Shown: positions 16,627-27,806 of the stretch, piece by piece
Position numbering within the stretch: position 1 is the stretch's first letter
How the letters are laid out: every line of letters begins with the position of its first letter
Sequence record: MF630922.1
Strand: one strand, 5' to 3'
Source of the DNA: Escherichia phage IMM-001
DNA: 32,486 nt
Notes under the pieces: model-generated
The model's database searches: none
What the model was told of the DNA's origin: nothing
Seen by the model: the letters and a program-made list of their open reading frames with translations, nothing else
Translations under genes and position numbers: made by a program

Positions 16627-19599
16627 ATGGCAACTAACGAAATTGCTGGTATCACGCTAGCCGTCGACGTCGCTCAGGTCGATAGAGGTACGCAGTCCTT
16701 ACAGAAATTCAGGCAAGCAAACGAGCAAGCTGCAACAGGCATTAATAGCTTCGTTAATGCTGAACTTGTAGCCAAGACTCAAGCAAGGGATACAGCAAGG
16801 CAGCTTGAGGAGCAGCGAAAATCTTTCGCATCGCTTCAGCAAGTAATCGACCCAACTGCTGCTAAATTCCAGAAGTTGCAGAAAGCGGCAACCGAATTGG
16901 ACAAAGCATTTGAGTCTGGGCTGGTTCCTGATGATGAGTTCTTCAGGCTTGGCTCTGTTATTGAAACTCAAATTAATAAGCTAAACAGGTCCAGGGCTGC
17001 GTTGAGTGAAGAGGGTAGGGCTGCACTCCAAGCTTCAATAGATAAAGAAAAAGCAACAGCAACCGCGCAAAAGTTCATTCAATCCCTTGAGAACGAGGCG
17101 AATGCGGCAACTCTCACAAGGACTGAGCTGCTTCAACTTAAGGCTGCTCAGCTAGGCGTTAGCGACCAAGCGGCACCGATTATCGACAGGATTGGTAAGG
17201 CCGCTGAGGCGTCAGCAGTTCAATTGCAGAAGCAAAGCTCAGCTTTTGTTAAGTCAGGTTTAAGCGCAGGGCAGTACAAGCAAGCAATACGACAGCTCCC
17301 TGCTCAGATTACAGATATCGGAACCTCACTTGCTGGCGGCATCCCAATCTGGCTGATTGCAATTCAGCAAGGCGGTCAGATTAAGGATAGTTTCGGCGGT
17401 ATTGCGAACACGGCAAGGTTTGCACTTGCGGCCATTAATCCATTGACAGCTGTTGTTGGTACTTTGGGGCTGGCTCTTGGTGCTCTTGGTGTTGCAGCTT
17501 ATCAGGCTGATAAGAACACTCGCGGACTAGCATCAACGATAACGCTTGTTGGCAATTCAACTATCACTTCAACGGCACAGATAAATCAGGTTGTTGACGG
17601 GATTGAGAAAACAACATTAGCCACGCGCGGTCTTATTCAGGAAATAGCAAATAGTCTGGTAGCAAACGGTAATCTTACGCTTACGCAGATAGATAAGATA
17701 ACCAAGGCAACAGCGCAGTGGGCGACTGTAACATCAACCGACTCAAAGACTATCCTTGGATACTTTGACCAGATCACAAAGGACCCAATAAAGGGACTTA
17801 CTGACCTTGATAAGCAATTTAACTTTCTTCAGTATGGGCAGTTAAAATATATTGAGAATATCAGGAAGACGGCTGGAGAAACAGAGGCAGTAACCGCAGC
17901 CACTGAACTATTCGCTGAAGTTATGGAAAATAGGCTAGCAGACGTAGCGCTAAGCCTCAACCCTCTTGAAAGCGCGTGGAATAGCTTCAGGAAGTTTGTA
18001 AGTGAGATCTTGGATGACATCAGCAAAAGGACGCTTGGGGCCCTTAACTTAATAACTGACGTTGTTGCTGGTACGATTGAGCAGATAAGGTCACTCATAA
18101 ACTCCGGCGACATTCTCTTGGGTGAGTTTGCTATAGCAGCAACCAAGACGCTTCAGTCAATACCCGGCCTTGGTGATATAGGTAATGAGGCAATTGCTGA
18201 GCAGCAAAAGATTGTTGATGCAGCCAAGAAGCAAAATGAGGAGTTAGCAAAAAGCATATCTGAGCGAGATGCTAGAATCAGGAAGGGTGAGCTTGGCTAT
18301 GTGGAGAGAAATAATAACACTAACCTGAATGGAAATAATGCATCAACTGATAAGGAGTTCGGAGCAAGGAAGAAGGCCCTAGCAGACGAGCTTGATGCCA
18401 TAATGAAGGCTAGAAGGGAGAGGAACAAAGCTGTAAAAGAAGAAAGGGATTTAACCTTATCTTATGAATCTGGCGTTCTTGCACTTCAGGCTCAATTGAA
18501 GGTTTTGCAAGAGCATAGAACGATAAACGATGTAATAAGCAACGAGCGCAAGCAGCTATTTCAGGAAGAGGCTAAGTTTGCAATACTCGAGCAAAGATAT
18601 GCTGATGGTAGCCTAACCAAGTCTCAAGCCAAACTGCTCTCGCAGAAGGATATCATTCTTGAACAGGCTAAACAGAAGGCTGAACTAGGAGATCAGATTG
18701 TTCTTCAAGAGAGGTCAAACAAGTTACTTGATGATAACCTAAAGAAGACTGTTCAGATTACAAATGAGGCAAATAATGTTTCTCTTGCTGCTAATTTATC
18801 TGACAGGGAGAAGCAAAGGGCGAAAGAGCTTCAGGCGCTTCAATCCAATCAGTTAAACAAAGGTGGCTCTGTAGATGACGCTGATTTCCAGGCTTTACTG
18901 GAAGCAAGGCGTAATTTTTATGCTCAAGAGGACGCGCTACGTGAAAACTGGCTAGCCGGTGTGCAGTCATCATTCGCTAATTGGGCAGAGAGCGCGACAG
19001 ATGCATTTTCTATAGCTGGTGAATTGACCACTTCCGTGTTTACCGGAATTACAGAGCAGATTACCAGCCTTGTAACAACTGGCACGGCAGACTTCAGGAG
19101 CTTTACCGTTGAAATCCTGAAACAGATTGCCAAGATTGCAACACAGCTCTTAATTGTTAAGGCGATTGAGTCAAGTTTAAGCAGCTTCGGCGGAACTGGC
19201 GGCGCTATTGGTTCAATTGGTGGCGCGCTTGGCTTTGCTGGCGGTGGATATACTGGTGATGGAGGTAAGTACCAACCTGCCGGAACTGTGCACAAAGGTG
19301 AATTTGTTTTCACCAAAGAAGCAACCAGCAGGATTGGAGTCAAGAACCTGTACAAGCTTATGCGAGGTTATGCAAATGGCGGTGCTGTTGGTGGGCCATC
19401 TGGTTATGCTAATGGTGGTGCTGTCGGCGGTACTAATGTCAGTGTTGGCGGCGTTACTGTTAACGTAAATTCTGGAATCGGTGGCGGCAATGATGCTAAG
19501 GCTATAGAATCTGGAGTTAAGGTTATCGTGGCTGAGGAAATCAGTAAGTCATTCCAGCAGGGCGGCAGGGCGTATCAGTTCTTGCGCGGTTACAACTAA
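16627..19599 (+). CDS. tail tape measure protein (990 aa)
   Basis: Long helical protein with hydrophobic central segments and Gly-rich C-terminus, after chaperone pair. Confidence 0.85.
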   Translation: MATNEIAGITLAVDVAQVDRGTQSLQKFRQANEQAATGINSFVNAELVAKTQARDTARQLEEQRKSFASLQQVIDPTAAKFQKLQKAATELDKAFESGLVPDDEFFRLGSVIETQINKLNRSRAALSEEGRAALQASIDKEKATATAQKFIQSLENEANAATLTRTELLQLKAAQLGVSDQAAPIIDRIGKAAEASAVQLQKQSSAFVKSGLSAGQYKQAIRQLPAQITDIGTSLAGGIPIWLIAIQQGGQIKDSFGGIANTARFALAAINPLTAVVGTLGLALGALGVAAYQADKNTRGLASTITLVGNSTITSTAQINQVVDGIEKTTLATRGLIQEIANSLVANGNLTLTQIDKITKATAQWATVTSTDSKTILGYFDQITKDPIKGLTDLDKQFNFLQYGQLKYIENIRKTAGETEAVTAATELFAEVMENRLADVALSLNPLESAWNSFRKFVSEILDDISKRTLGALNLITDVVAGTIEQIRSLINSGDILLGEFAIAATKTLQSIPGLGDIGNEAIAEQQKIVDAAKKQNEELAKSISERDARIRKGELGYVERNNNTNLNGNNASTDKEFGARKKALADELDAIMKARRERNKAVKEERDLTLSYESGVLALQAQLKVLQEHRTINDVISNERKQLFQEEAKFAILEQRYADGSLTKSQAKLLSQKDIILEQAKQKAELGDQIVLQERSNKLLDDNLKKTVQITNEANNVSLAANLSDREKQRAKELQALQSNQLNKGGSVDDADFQALLEARRNFYAQEDALRENWLAGVQSSFANWAESATDAFSIAGELTTSVFTGITEQITSLVTTGTADFRSFTVEILKQIAKIATQLLIVKAIESSLSSFGGTGGAIGSIGGALGFAGGGYTGDGGKYQPAGTVHKGEFVFTKEATSRIGVKNLYKLMRGYANGGAVGGPSGYANGGAVGGTNVSVGGVTVNVNSGIGGGNDAKAIESGVKVIVAEEISKSFQQGGRAYQFLRGYN

Positions 19600-19630
19600 T
19601 TAATGGGGCTTCTGCCCCTAAGGATTTAAA

Positions 19631-19981
19631 ATGGCATTGCAAACATTCAATTGGTGCTTAAACGTACTCAATGGCGGCTCTTCATTTACCAATGCCAACA
19701 ATATTAGGGTTGTATCATTTGGTAATGGTTACCAACAGCGTGGCACTGGAGGATACAGGACGAACAAGAGGACGTATACTGTTAGCTACGTTGGCCGTGA
19801 GTGGGAGGCAGTAATGAACTTCTGCCTTGATCACATCGTAAAACCTTTCGCATGGACTACGCCACAGGGTGAGTTAAAGATGTTTGTTATTCAGCAGGAT
19901 AGCATTAGCGTCTCGCCGAGCACAAAAGAAGTTCAGACTGTTAGTATGCAATTTACTGAAGTTTTCACTTCAATGAGTTAA
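19631..19981 (+). CDS. minor tail protein, lambda M-like (116 aa)
   Basis: Position and size after tape measure. Confidence 0.55.
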   Translation: MALQTFNWCLNVLNGGSSFTNANNIRVVSFGNGYQQRGTGGYRTNKRTYTVSYVGREWEAVMNFCLDHIVKPFAWTTPQGELKMFVIQQDSISVSPSTKEVQTVSMQFTEVFTSMS

Positions 19982-19985
19982 ACTA

Positions 19986-20009
19986 AGGCCCATAAAGGGC
20001 CTTTTTTTA
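19986..20009 (+). terminator. Rho-independent terminator
   Basis: aggccc-ataaa-gggcct then T7. Confidence 0.7.
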
Positions 20010-20020
20010 TTGGAGAGAAT

Positions 20021-20776
20021 ATGGCAAGTGTAAAGTTTGAAAACCAGCTTCAATCACTATTTCCTGGTGAGGTAGTCACACTTATTGAGGTTGATGGCAG
20101 CAAGTTTGGCGCAAGGGTTTACAGGTTTCATGGAGAGGACATCTCATACACGCCAGAGGAAATCATGCAAGCCCAAACATCTGGTCAGCCACTACCATCC
20201 AAGACAATCACGTTCCGTGGCGAAGAGTATGGAGCCAGGCCTTTCGGCATTAGCGGCATCAACCTGACTTCTGACGGCAAAGCAAACAAGCTCACGCTAA
20301 TTCTATCAAACGTTGACCAGGCTGTTTCCGCACTCATACGTCAGTATAATGGTATGGTTCAGGCCAAGGTGACAATCTGGGTTACTATCAGGGATAATAT
20401 CAATGAGGACGGCAGCATTGCAGATGGCGATTATCGTAAGATGGTTTACTTTATTGAGCGCCCTAAGCAGGTTGACTACAAAACTGCCTCTTTTGAGTTA
20501 TCTAGCCCAATTGATATGGATGGTATTTATATTCCAGCCAGGCTAGTCCAGTCAGTATGCTATTGGGCTTCCCGTGGCTGGTACCGCAGTGGGAATGGTT
20601 GTGCTTATGCTGGTAATCGATATTTTGATAAAGACAATAATCCTGTTGATGACCCTGGCCTAGATTTCTGCGCCGGAACTGTTGACGCCTGTAAGTTAAG
20701 GTTTGGCGAGAATAACCAATTAGATTTTGGCGGTTGTGCCTCAGCAAGTTTGCAAGCTAAGAATAATCAGAACTAA
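20021..20776 (+). CDS. minor tail protein, lambda L-like (251 aa)
   Basis: C-terminal cysteine cluster as in L-family tail-tip proteins. Confidence 0.65.
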   Translation: MASVKFENQLQSLFPGEVVTLIEVDGSKFGARVYRFHGEDISYTPEEIMQAQTSGQPLPSKTITFRGEEYGARPFGISGINLTSDGKANKLTLILSNVDQAVSALIRQYNGMVQAKVTIWVTIRDNINEDGSIADGDYRKMVYFIERPKQVDYKTASFELSSPIDMDGIYIPARLVQSVCYWASRGWYRSGNGCAYAGNRYFDKDNNPVDDPGLDFCAGTVDACKLRFGENNQLDFGGCASASLQAKNNQN

Positions 20777-20786
20777 GGGGAGTAAA

Positions 20787-21533
20787 ATGCTTACACCAAA
20801 AGTTAAACTAGAAATCATGCGTCACGCAAAAGAGGATTTCCCCAACGAATGCTGTGGTGTAGTCACCCAGAAAGGCATGGCTCAGAAGTACCATCGAATC
20901 ACCAACGCGTCTAAAGACACTGAGAATGAGTTCATTCTTGATGCTGGCGAGTACATGAAGATTAGTGATGAAGAACAAGTTGTTTACATTGTTCACTCAC
21001 ATACGGGAGATGGCGCGACTACTCGTCCAAGCCCTGCTGATATCTGTAGCTGCAATGAGTGCGAGATTCCTTACGTGATTGTTAGTTACCCTGAGGGGGA
21101 CATGAGAATTCTCGAGCCTGAAGAAATGCCGCTAGCAGGAAGGCCGTGGGGACTTGGTAGCTTCGACTGCTGGGGCTTGATAATGTCCTTCCACGCAAAA
21201 CACGGCGTAAAACTGACTGACTACCGAGTTAATTATCCATGGTGGAACAAGGAGTACGACGAAAATATCTACGACGACAATTGGATTAAGGAAGGATTTG
21301 AGCTAGTCGAAACTGATGATATTCCTGCTGGCTCCATGATTATGATGCAGATTCAAAGCGAGACAACAAATCACGCAGGAATCTACGTTGGAGATAACAA
21401 GTTCTTGCACCATCTTTACGGTAAGATGAGTAAAGTTGATACCTACAGTGATTACTGGCGAGAGCGCACCGTTCGCATCGTTCGCCACAAAGATTTACCA
21501 GAAGGAGCAAGCTACAATGCAGAGACTGATTAA
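20787..21533 (+). CDS. tail assembly protein, lambda K-like (248 aa), JAB/MPN + NlpC/P60-like
   Basis: HSHTGDGATTRPSPADI matches JAMM H-x-H-x7-S-x2-D; Cys/His in C-terminal half; ATG 20787 with RBS aaggggag. Confidence 0.75.
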   Translation: MLTPKVKLEIMRHAKEDFPNECCGVVTQKGMAQKYHRITNASKDTENEFILDAGEYMKISDEEQVVYIVHSHTGDGATTRPSPADICSCNECEIPYVIVSYPEGDMRILEPEEMPLAGRPWGLGSFDCWGLIMSFHAKHGVKLTDYRVNYPWWNKEYDENIYDDNWIKEGFELVETDDIPAGSMIMMQIQSETTNHAGIYVGDNKFLHHLYGKMSKVDTYSDYWRERTVRIVRHKDLPEGASYNAETD

Positions 21534-22083
21534 AGTTAAATTGGGCCTTTCGCTTGGTAGGAGGTATGGAAAGATTCACGAACTATGTGTCGAGTCTGTA
21601 CCGGAGGCGCTTAGGGCGTTGTCTGTAAACATTCCAGCATTCAAGGAATTCATGCAGAGCCATGTCGGGCAGAATACAAGGTTTGCAATCTTTGCAGATG
21701 GCAAAAACCTAAACGAGCATCGCATCAAAGACTTTAAGGCCGTAAAGGAGATTCGCATCATGCCAATCCCTCAAGGACGAAAGAGTGGTGGGTTGTTCCA
21801 GACTGTTTTGGGTGCGGCGCTAATTACTATTGGTGCATTCACCGGACAGGTTTATCTTGTTGCGGCAGGTGTTTCACTCGCAGCTGGCGGCGTAGCTCAA
21901 TTACTGTCACCTCAAGCAACAGGTCTTAAAAGCCAGGAGTCTGCACAAAACAGGGCTTCTTACGCATTTGGTTCGGCGGTTAACACGGTTGCTGCTGGAT
22001 ACCCGGTATGTCTGCCATACGGTTATCGAAGTGTTGGTGGCTCCGTATTTAGTGCTGGCAGTTACGCTCAGGATATTGCATAA
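21517..22083 (+). CDS. tail assembly protein, lambda I-like (188 aa)
   Basis: Hydrophobic C-terminal half, position between K-like and J-like; ATG 21517 with RBS gaaggag. Confidence 0.55.
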   Translation: MQRLIKVKLGLSLGRRYGKIHELCVESVPEALRALSVNIPAFKEFMQSHVGQNTRFAIFADGKNLNEHRIKDFKAVKEIRIMPIPQGRKSGGLFQTVLGAALITIGAFTGQVYLVAAGVSLAAGGVAQLLSPQATGLKSQESAQNRASYAFGSAVNTVAAGYPVCLPYGYRSVGGSVFSAGSYAQDIA

Positions 22084-22090
22084 ATTAACA

Positions 22091-22112
22091 CCCGCCTAGT
22101 GCGGGTTTTTTA
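22091..22112 (+). terminator. Rho-independent terminator
   Basis: cccgc-ctagt-gcggg then T6. Confidence 0.7.
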
Positions 22113-22162
22113 TTTGATGTACAATGGCACCAATAGTCAAAAACAAAACAGGATAATGTGAT

Positions 22163-25100
22163 ATGGCGCAGGACATTAAAATATACGGCAGCAAGGGCGG
22201 TAGTTCTAAGCAGAAACAACCAGTAGAGCAGCCAGATAACTTGATATCTGTAAACAAGGTTAAGGTTTTGCTAGCTGTTTCTGATGGTGAAGTTGATAAC
22301 TCGTTCTCGCTTAAAGACCTGTATCTTGCTGACGTTCCGGTTCAGAACCAGAATGGCACATACAACTACGAGGGTGTGACAGCAGAATTTCGCCCTGGCA
22401 CGCAGAGTCAGGATTACATCGCCGGCCTCGAGGGTGCCAGCTCTGAGGTGCAGGTCAATAGGGAGATTACAAACTCAACGCCTTACATAATTGCCGTTAA
22501 CAACACTCAACTATCTGCGATTAGGGTTAAATTATACTGGCCTCGACTGATTAATCAGGAAAGTAACGGAGACCTGAACGGAACAACTTGCGAGTACGCT
22601 ATTGACTTATCTGTTGATGGCTCCACGTACAGTGAGTACACGCGAGGCGTAGCTAACGGCAAGACGACTAGCGGGTACGACAGGAGTATCAGGGTAAACC
22701 TTCCAGCTGAGTTTTCTAGCGCTCTTGTTAGGGTCCGTAAAATTACAGCAGACTCAGAAAGCTCTACTCTGGTTAACGGAATGCAAATTACGACCTATCA
22801 GGAAGTAATCGATGCTAAATTCCGTTATCCGCTTACAGCGCTGGTTTACGTTGAGTTTAGTTCGGACCTCTTCCCTAACGGAATCCCGGCCATCTCAATC
22901 AAAAAGAAGTGGAAGTTGATTCGCGTTCCGACTAACTATAACCCAGAGACAAGAACTTATAGCGGAACTTGGAACGGCACATTTAAGATGGCGTATTCAA
23001 ATAACCCAGCGTGGGTTCTTTACGACCTTGTAACTAACCAGCGATATGGGCTTGACCAACGCGAACTTGGTATCACAATTGATAAATGGGGGTTGTATGA
23101 AGCGGCGCAATTCTGTGACCAAATGGTACCAGACGGAAAGGGAGGTGTGGAGCCGCGTTACTTGTGTGATGTTGTAATTCAGCAAAAGGTTGAGGCATAC
23201 CAAGTCATCCGTGATATCTGTTCTATCTTCCGTGGGCTAACATTCTATGATGGTGAGCAGATAGGGATTGTTGTCGATAAGCCGCGCCAACCATCATACG
23301 TATTCACCAACGATAACGTTGTTGACGGGTTATTTAACAGGACTTTCGGAAGCGACAAATCGCTATACACAGTCGCTAACGTTCAGTTTGATGATGTTGA
23401 AAACTCATACCAGCAAGATGTAGAGCCAGTATTTGAGCTAGAGGCAACAAGGCGTTTTGGTTACAACCCGGTTGACCTTACCGCTATTGGCTGTACTCGC
23501 AGGAGTGAAGCAAACCGCCGTGGTCGTTGGTTGTTAAAGACAAACTTGCGCAGCGAGACGATAAGTTTCACCACAGGGCTAGAAGGTATGATCCCAATGA
23601 TTGGTGAGGTGATTGCGGTTAATGACCAGGCATGGTCTAGCAACTACACCTTAAACCTTTCTGGTCGTATCGAGTCTGTAAGTGGTTTGCAGGTTTTCGT
23701 GCCGTTTAAGATTGATGCTGCTGCCGGCGACAGGATTCTGATTAACAAGCCTGACGGAATGCCGGAATACAGGACTATTGCATCTGTATCTGAAGATGGA
23801 ATGACGCTGCAACTTAACACGGCGTTTAGCTTCAACCCTCAACCTGATACTGTATTTGCGATTGATAAGGAGAATCTTGCGCTTCAGCAATATGTTGTGA
23901 CCGGGATTCAAAAAGCAGACAGCGATGGAGATGATGCGTTCGGTTACAGTATTACAGCGGTTGAGTACGACCCGAACAAATACGACGAGATTGATTACGG
24001 CGTAAACATTCAGGACAGGCCAACGTCAATCGTTGAGCCAGATACATTACTGGCACCTGAGAATGTTCAGGTAAGCAGCTACAGTAAGGTTGTGCAGGGT
24101 ATTTCAGTTGAGACTATGGTCATCACCTGGGATAAGGTTCAGTACGCTAAGACATACACAGTTCAGTGGCGTAAGGAGAATGGAAACTGGATTAATGTAC
24201 CGCGCACTGCAAACACAGAAGTTGATATTGAAGGTATTTACGCAGGCATTTATCAGGTTCGTGTAAGGGCTGTTTCTGATACTGAAAACGTATCTGCGTG
24301 GTCTGAAATTGTTTCAGCTAGCCTTACAGGTAAGATTGGAACTCCTTCTGCACCTACAGTTATTACGGCTTCAGATGACGAGGTGTTTGGCATTATGGTT
24401 AAGTGGGGATTCCCTGACAACTCAACTGATACGTCATACACTGAATTGCAGCAAGTTGCCGACAATGGTGATGGCACTTACACGCCAGAGAACGCAAGCT
24501 TGCTAACATTAGTTCCTTACCCGAGCTACGAGTATTGGCACACTACGCTACCGGCAGGTAAGGTTATCTGGTACAGGGCGCGACTAATCGACAAGATTGG
24601 TAACGTCTCACCATGGACTGATTTTGTAATGGGCATGGCAAGCGATGACGTTTCGGCAATCATTGGTGAAATTAAGGTTGATATAGAGAACTCGGAGGGG
24701 TTCAAGTATCTTCAGCAGAATGCCATTGAGTCAAACGGAGCTATTCAGGCGCAAGCAGAATCAATCATCGAGAACACCCTGGCGAATGATGGTGACGTTC
24801 GTCGAATGACTAAGGAAAACAGCAAGAGGAAGGCTGAATTTATTCAGGCAGTCAATCTTATCGCTGATGAAGAAAGGGCTCGCGTAGAGGCCCTGACTCA
24901 GCTTAAGGCACAGATTGATGATGAGATTGTAGCTTCGTTAACAAGGATTGATACTGCGCTAGCTGAGGAAACTCAAGCAAGGACCACTGCGGACACTGCT
25001 TTATCCGCAAGGCTTGGCGAGAATGAAGCTGCATTAAATGAGAAGCTTGACACATACGTTACCGCTGATTCAATTGGCGCTCAGTATGGAATTAAGCTCG

Positions 25101-25549
25101 GTCTTACTTACAATGGAGTTCAGTACAGTTCTGGGATGAGCATGGAGCTAACAGGTTCTGATGGTAATGTTCGTAGCCAGGTCATCTTTGACGCTAACAG
25201 GTTCGCGATCAGTAATGGTGTTAGTTCCGGTTCCGGTCAGTGGTCATTGCCTTTCGTAGTTGAGAATAATCAGGTCTTCATTCAGAGCGCAGTAATTCAG
25301 GACGGTTCAATCACTAACGCGAAGATTGGTAACAGGATTCAATCTAACAACTACGTGGCTGGATCTCAAGGATGGGCGATTGACAAGGCAGGTAGCGCCG
25401 AGTTTAGTAACGCAACTGTAAGGGGGAATTTATACGCAAATAACGGTAACTTTGCATTTAACGGAACAAACAACACTGTACAGATTAACAACAACGGAAT
25501 TACAGTTAATTTACCGAATGGTGGCAGGGTTGTAGTTGGAGTGTGGTAA
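22163..25549 (+). CDS. central tail fibre / host specificity protein, lambda J-like (1128 aa)
   Basis: Size and position after I-like gene; long multi-domain protein. Confidence 0.8.
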   Translation: MAQDIKIYGSKGGSSKQKQPVEQPDNLISVNKVKVLLAVSDGEVDNSFSLKDLYLADVPVQNQNGTYNYEGVTAEFRPGTQSQDYIAGLEGASSEVQVNREITNSTPYIIAVNNTQLSAIRVKLYWPRLINQESNGDLNGTTCEYAIDLSVDGSTYSEYTRGVANGKTTSGYDRSIRVNLPAEFSSALVRVRKITADSESSTLVNGMQITTYQEVIDAKFRYPLTALVYVEFSSDLFPNGIPAISIKKKWKLIRVPTNYNPETRTYSGTWNGTFKMAYSNNPAWVLYDLVTNQRYGLDQRELGITIDKWGLYEAAQFCDQMVPDGKGGVEPRYLCDVVIQQKVEAYQVIRDICSIFRGLTFYDGEQIGIVVDKPRQPSYVFTNDNVVDGLFNRTFGSDKSLYTVANVQFDDVENSYQQDVEPVFELEATRRFGYNPVDLTAIGCTRRSEANRRGRWLLKTNLRSETISFTTGLEGMIPMIGEVIAVNDQAWSSNYTLNLSGRIESVSGLQVFVPFKIDAAAGDRILINKPDGMPEYRTIASVSEDGMTLQLNTAFSFNPQPDTVFAIDKENLALQQYVVTGIQKADSDGDDAFGYSITAVEYDPNKYDEIDYGVNIQDRPTSIVEPDTLLAPENVQVSSYSKVVQGISVETMVITWDKVQYAKTYTVQWRKENGNWINVPRTANTEVDIEGIYAGIYQVRVRAVSDTENVSAWSEIVSASLTGKIGTPSAPTVITASDDEVFGIMVKWGFPDNSTDTSYTELQQVADNGDGTYTPENASLLTLVPYPSYEYWHTTLPAGKVIWYRARLIDKIGNVSPWTDFVMGMASDDVSAIIGEIKVDIENSEGFKYLQQNAIESNGAIQAQAESIIENTLANDGDVRRMTKENSKRKAEFIQAVNLIADEERARVEALTQLKAQIDDEIVASLTRIDTALAEETQARTTADTALSARLGENEAALNEKLDTYVTADSIGAQYGIKLGLTYNGVQYSSGMSMELTGSDGNVRSQVIFDANRFAISNGVSSGSGQWSLPFVVENNQVFIQSAVIQDGSITNAKIGNRIQSNNYVAGSQGWAIDKAGSAEFSNATVRGNLYANNGNFAFNGTNNTVQINNNGITVNLPNGGRVVVGVW

Positions 25550-25553
25550 ATGA

Positions 25554-25579
25554 TTAGGCCCCTTTTGGGGCCTTTTCTT
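25554..25579. terminator. Bidirectional rho-independent terminator between convergent genes
   Basis: aggcccc-tttt-ggggcct with T-runs readable on both strands. Confidence 0.7.
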
Positions 25580-26542
25580 TTAGTAGAAGTTTGGGATAAA
25601 TGGCAGAGCCATTGATATGTTTGTGTCGAATGGGAACTGCGCCCCAGTCTGTGTTGAATAGTTCCCTATTACAGTTCCAGGTACAGCCATTACGGCGCCT
25701 CCAGACATACAGACACCCTTGTACCTTAAGTTGTTATACCCACCAGTAACCCTTGTTGTAGCTCCACACCTGAGTAGTGGAAAGAACCCCCCATTTATTG
25801 ACTGGAAACCATTGGTTATTTGTATAAAACCACTAAGAACGAAAGGTCTCCTGACGCTTGAGAAGACAATCTGACCAGAACTGTTAGACATTGTAAGGCC
25901 GTGGCCAGCTATTGGAGGCTCATTTCTGAATATCACTAATTGGACGTAAGTGCTTGCTGCCACGTCATCTATGCCGCCGTAATTTATATCGCGACACCAT
26001 ATTGTACTCCCGTCACTCTCGAGAGAGACGTTTGGGTTATCCCATTTACCAAACGGGATTCCGCTAACTGGAAGTGAAGCCGCGCCGTTAACCTGAATCC
26101 CACCAACCCATGCCGCCGACATTAACCTAGAATTGCTTGATATTGCCAAAAAGTCAGTTGAGTTCTCAACCAGTATGCCAGGGCTTGACGACGATGAAGC
26201 ATCAAGTATCTCAAAGCAATTACCAGCGAAGTCAATAATTCGACCTCTGGCACCATTAAAGTTACTAAGCGTTATCCTGCCAACTCCGTCATTTACCTTC
26301 TGAAACCCGTTAATATAATAAACTTCAGGTACAACATCATAGGCGTCAACGTGGACGGCCTTTGTTGGCAAGCAGAATGCGGTAGAGCCTGGTGACATGG
26401 TTAAACCAAAGTCCCATGATGATGCTGGCGTCGAAAGTCCATTAGTATTTATTGATCCAGTCACAGCAGGTGCTCTTAGTCCAGCGGTAATCTCCATCGC
26501 TGGCCTTCCGTCATTTAGGTCAATCAATATACCTTGCGGCAT
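25580..26542 (-). CDS. putative receptor-binding protein / tail fibre (320 aa)
   Basis: Minus-strand gene after J-like gene, TAATG-coupled to the upstream lipoprotein gene; ATG 26542 has AAGGAG 8 nt upstream (ORF-track GTG 26551 sits inside that RBS). Confidence 0.4.
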   Translation of the reverse strand: MPQGILIDLNDGRPAMEITAGLRAPAVTGSINTNGLSTPASSWDFGLTMSPGSTAFCLPTKAVHVDAYDVVPEVYYINGFQKVNDGVGRITLSNFNGARGRIIDFAGNCFEILDASSSSSPGILVENSTDFLAISSNSRLMSAAWVGGIQVNGAASLPVSGIPFGKWDNPNVSLESDGSTIWCRDINYGGIDDVAASTYVQLVIFRNEPPIAGHGLTMSNSSGQIVFSSVRRPFVLSGFIQITNGFQSINGGFFPLLRCGATTRVTGGYNNLRYKGVCMSGGAVMAVPGTVIGNYSTQTGAQFPFDTNISMALPFIPNFY

Positions 26543-26787
26543 TATTTCCACTCCTTAGATCCGTGGTCAGCAACTGAACCACCGTAACCGCCGCCAACCT
26601 TGCTCTCAATACCAGCGTAGCGCACATCAACTTCACCAGCCGGTACAACTACACCATTTTTCCATTTAGCAACGCACACGCCGTTTGCTTGCGTTGCACA
26701 CCAACCGTCAGGACGAGGAGCAGATGAACAACCTACCATCATGATTGCTGCTGCGGCGATGATTGAAAGTTTGATTAAGTTAGTCAT
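26542..26787 (-). CDS. small lipoprotein (81 aa), candidate superinfection-exclusion factor
   Basis: Signal peptide [20 protein letters not shown] with lipobox-like MVGC; RBS aagga. Confidence 0.65.
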   Translation of the reverse strand: MTNLIKLSIIAAAAIMMVGCSSAPRPDGWCATQANGVCVAKWKNGVVVPAGEVDVRYAGIESKVGGGYGGSVADHGSKEWK

Positions 26788-26828
26788 TTACGTATTCCTT
26801 ATGAGGTTCGTTTCTTTTCGATGGAGTA

Positions 26829-26870
26829 ACTATATCTCATTCTTGAGATTTGTCTTTAGCTATTCGTGCT
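26829..26870 (-). promoter_or_regulatory. Conserved IR promoter-like cassette copy 8, variant (AGCACGAATAGCTAAAG, 22 nt, TATAGT), overlapping the MTase stop
   Basis: Motif family on minus strand upstream of the lipoprotein gene. Confidence 0.5.
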
Positions 26871-27578
26871 GTTTATTCTATTTTTTGCGACATTAAAATA
26901 CTCAGTATCTAGCTCTATACCTATAAATGACCTGTTTGTGTTTACGCATGCTACGCCAGTTGTTCCGCTACCCATGCAGTTATCAAGAACTAAGTCACCC
27001 TCGTCAGTGTATGTTTTTATTAGGTACTCCATCAAGGAAACCGGCTTTTGCGTTGGGTGTAGTGATGATTTCTGCTTGTCGCTAGCCATCTTTATCACAT
27101 CCCTTGGGTATCTCATTGTTGAATCATAAGATAGTGATTCGAAATTCTGATCTCCATAGTTTGTTCCATTGTCGTTCCTCTTTGTTGCTGTTTTTCTTTT
27201 GTGACCCTCTGTCATTTGCGGGTTGTATTTGTAAGGTTTTTTGTAGAAAACAAGTATGTTTTCATGAGCCTTCATCGGAGCTCTCTTGGCATTAAGGTGT
27301 CCGGTTGCATGTGTTTTTTCCCATATCCACTCATGCTTCAACATTTCAAGATTGGAGCACCCGAGTACTTTATCGAATGGTGTTTGCGCCGTAAGTACAA
27401 TTGCACCCTTGCACACCCTCCTGTATTGAGTCCATAGCAAGTCAAGGTCTATAACTGAATCCCACTTGTTTCTGGTTGTTCCGTATGGTAAGTCGCACAA
27501 AATCATGTCAATTGAATTGTCTGGGATTTCTTTCATAAGCTCAAGGCAGTCGCCATTCATTAATTTAATCATTTCCAT
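26856..27578 (-). CDS. orphan DNA methyltransferase, beta-class, DPPY motif (240 aa; may start at second ATG 27572)
   Basis: Motif IV ILCDLPYG near N-terminus and motif I VLDNCMGSGTTG near C-terminus; no adjacent restriction enzyme gene. Confidence 0.8.
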   Translation of the reverse strand: MEMIKLMNGDCLELMKEIPDNSIDMILCDLPYGTTRNKWDSVIDLDLLWTQYRRVCKGAIVLTAQTPFDKVLGCSNLEMLKHEWIWEKTHATGHLNAKRAPMKAHENILVFYKKPYKYNPQMTEGHKRKTATKRNDNGTNYGDQNFESLSYDSTMRYPRDVIKMASDKQKSSLHPTQKPVSLMEYLIKTYTDEGDLVLDNCMGSGTTGVACVNTNRSFIGIELDTEYFNVAKNRINSTNS

Positions 27579-27603
27579 CTCTCATTGCGTTTTTGTTGTG
27601 ATG

Positions 27604-27646
27604 ATTATACATAACCAAGCAAGGGTGTCTTTAGCTATTCGTGCTA
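27604..27646 (-). promoter_or_regulatory. Conserved IR promoter-like cassette copy 9, variant (TAGCACGAATAGCTAAAG, 22 nt, TATAAT)
   Basis: Motif family on minus strand upstream of the MTase gene. Confidence 0.55.
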
Positions 27647-27745
27647 CTGGTTACGCGTAACCGATGTAAATCGATGTATACCATATGCATCCGCTGGAAA
27701 TCGTATACGCATTGTTACGCCTAGTTACGCCATAGTTACATTAAA

Positions 27746-27806
27746 ATATCTATATATATCAACCTTTTACTCTTATTATTATTATTATATATATTACTGT
27801 GTATAT
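27746..27806 (+). repeat. AT-rich repeat, copy B, containing (TTA)5 microsatellite at 27773..27787
   Basis: Shares core with 229..297; lies in the 535-bp ORF-free region between divergent blocks. Confidence 0.8.

Noticed and set aside
19600-19630. Hairpin ggggc-ttct-gcccc after the tape measure gene as a terminator
   Set aside because: No U-run follows; more likely a stabilising hairpin or coincidence.
26549-26551. GTG start for the 25580..26551 ORF
   Set aside because: The GTG lies inside the AAGGAG ribosome-binding site; the ATG at 26542, coupled TAATG to the lipoprotein stop, is the likelier start.
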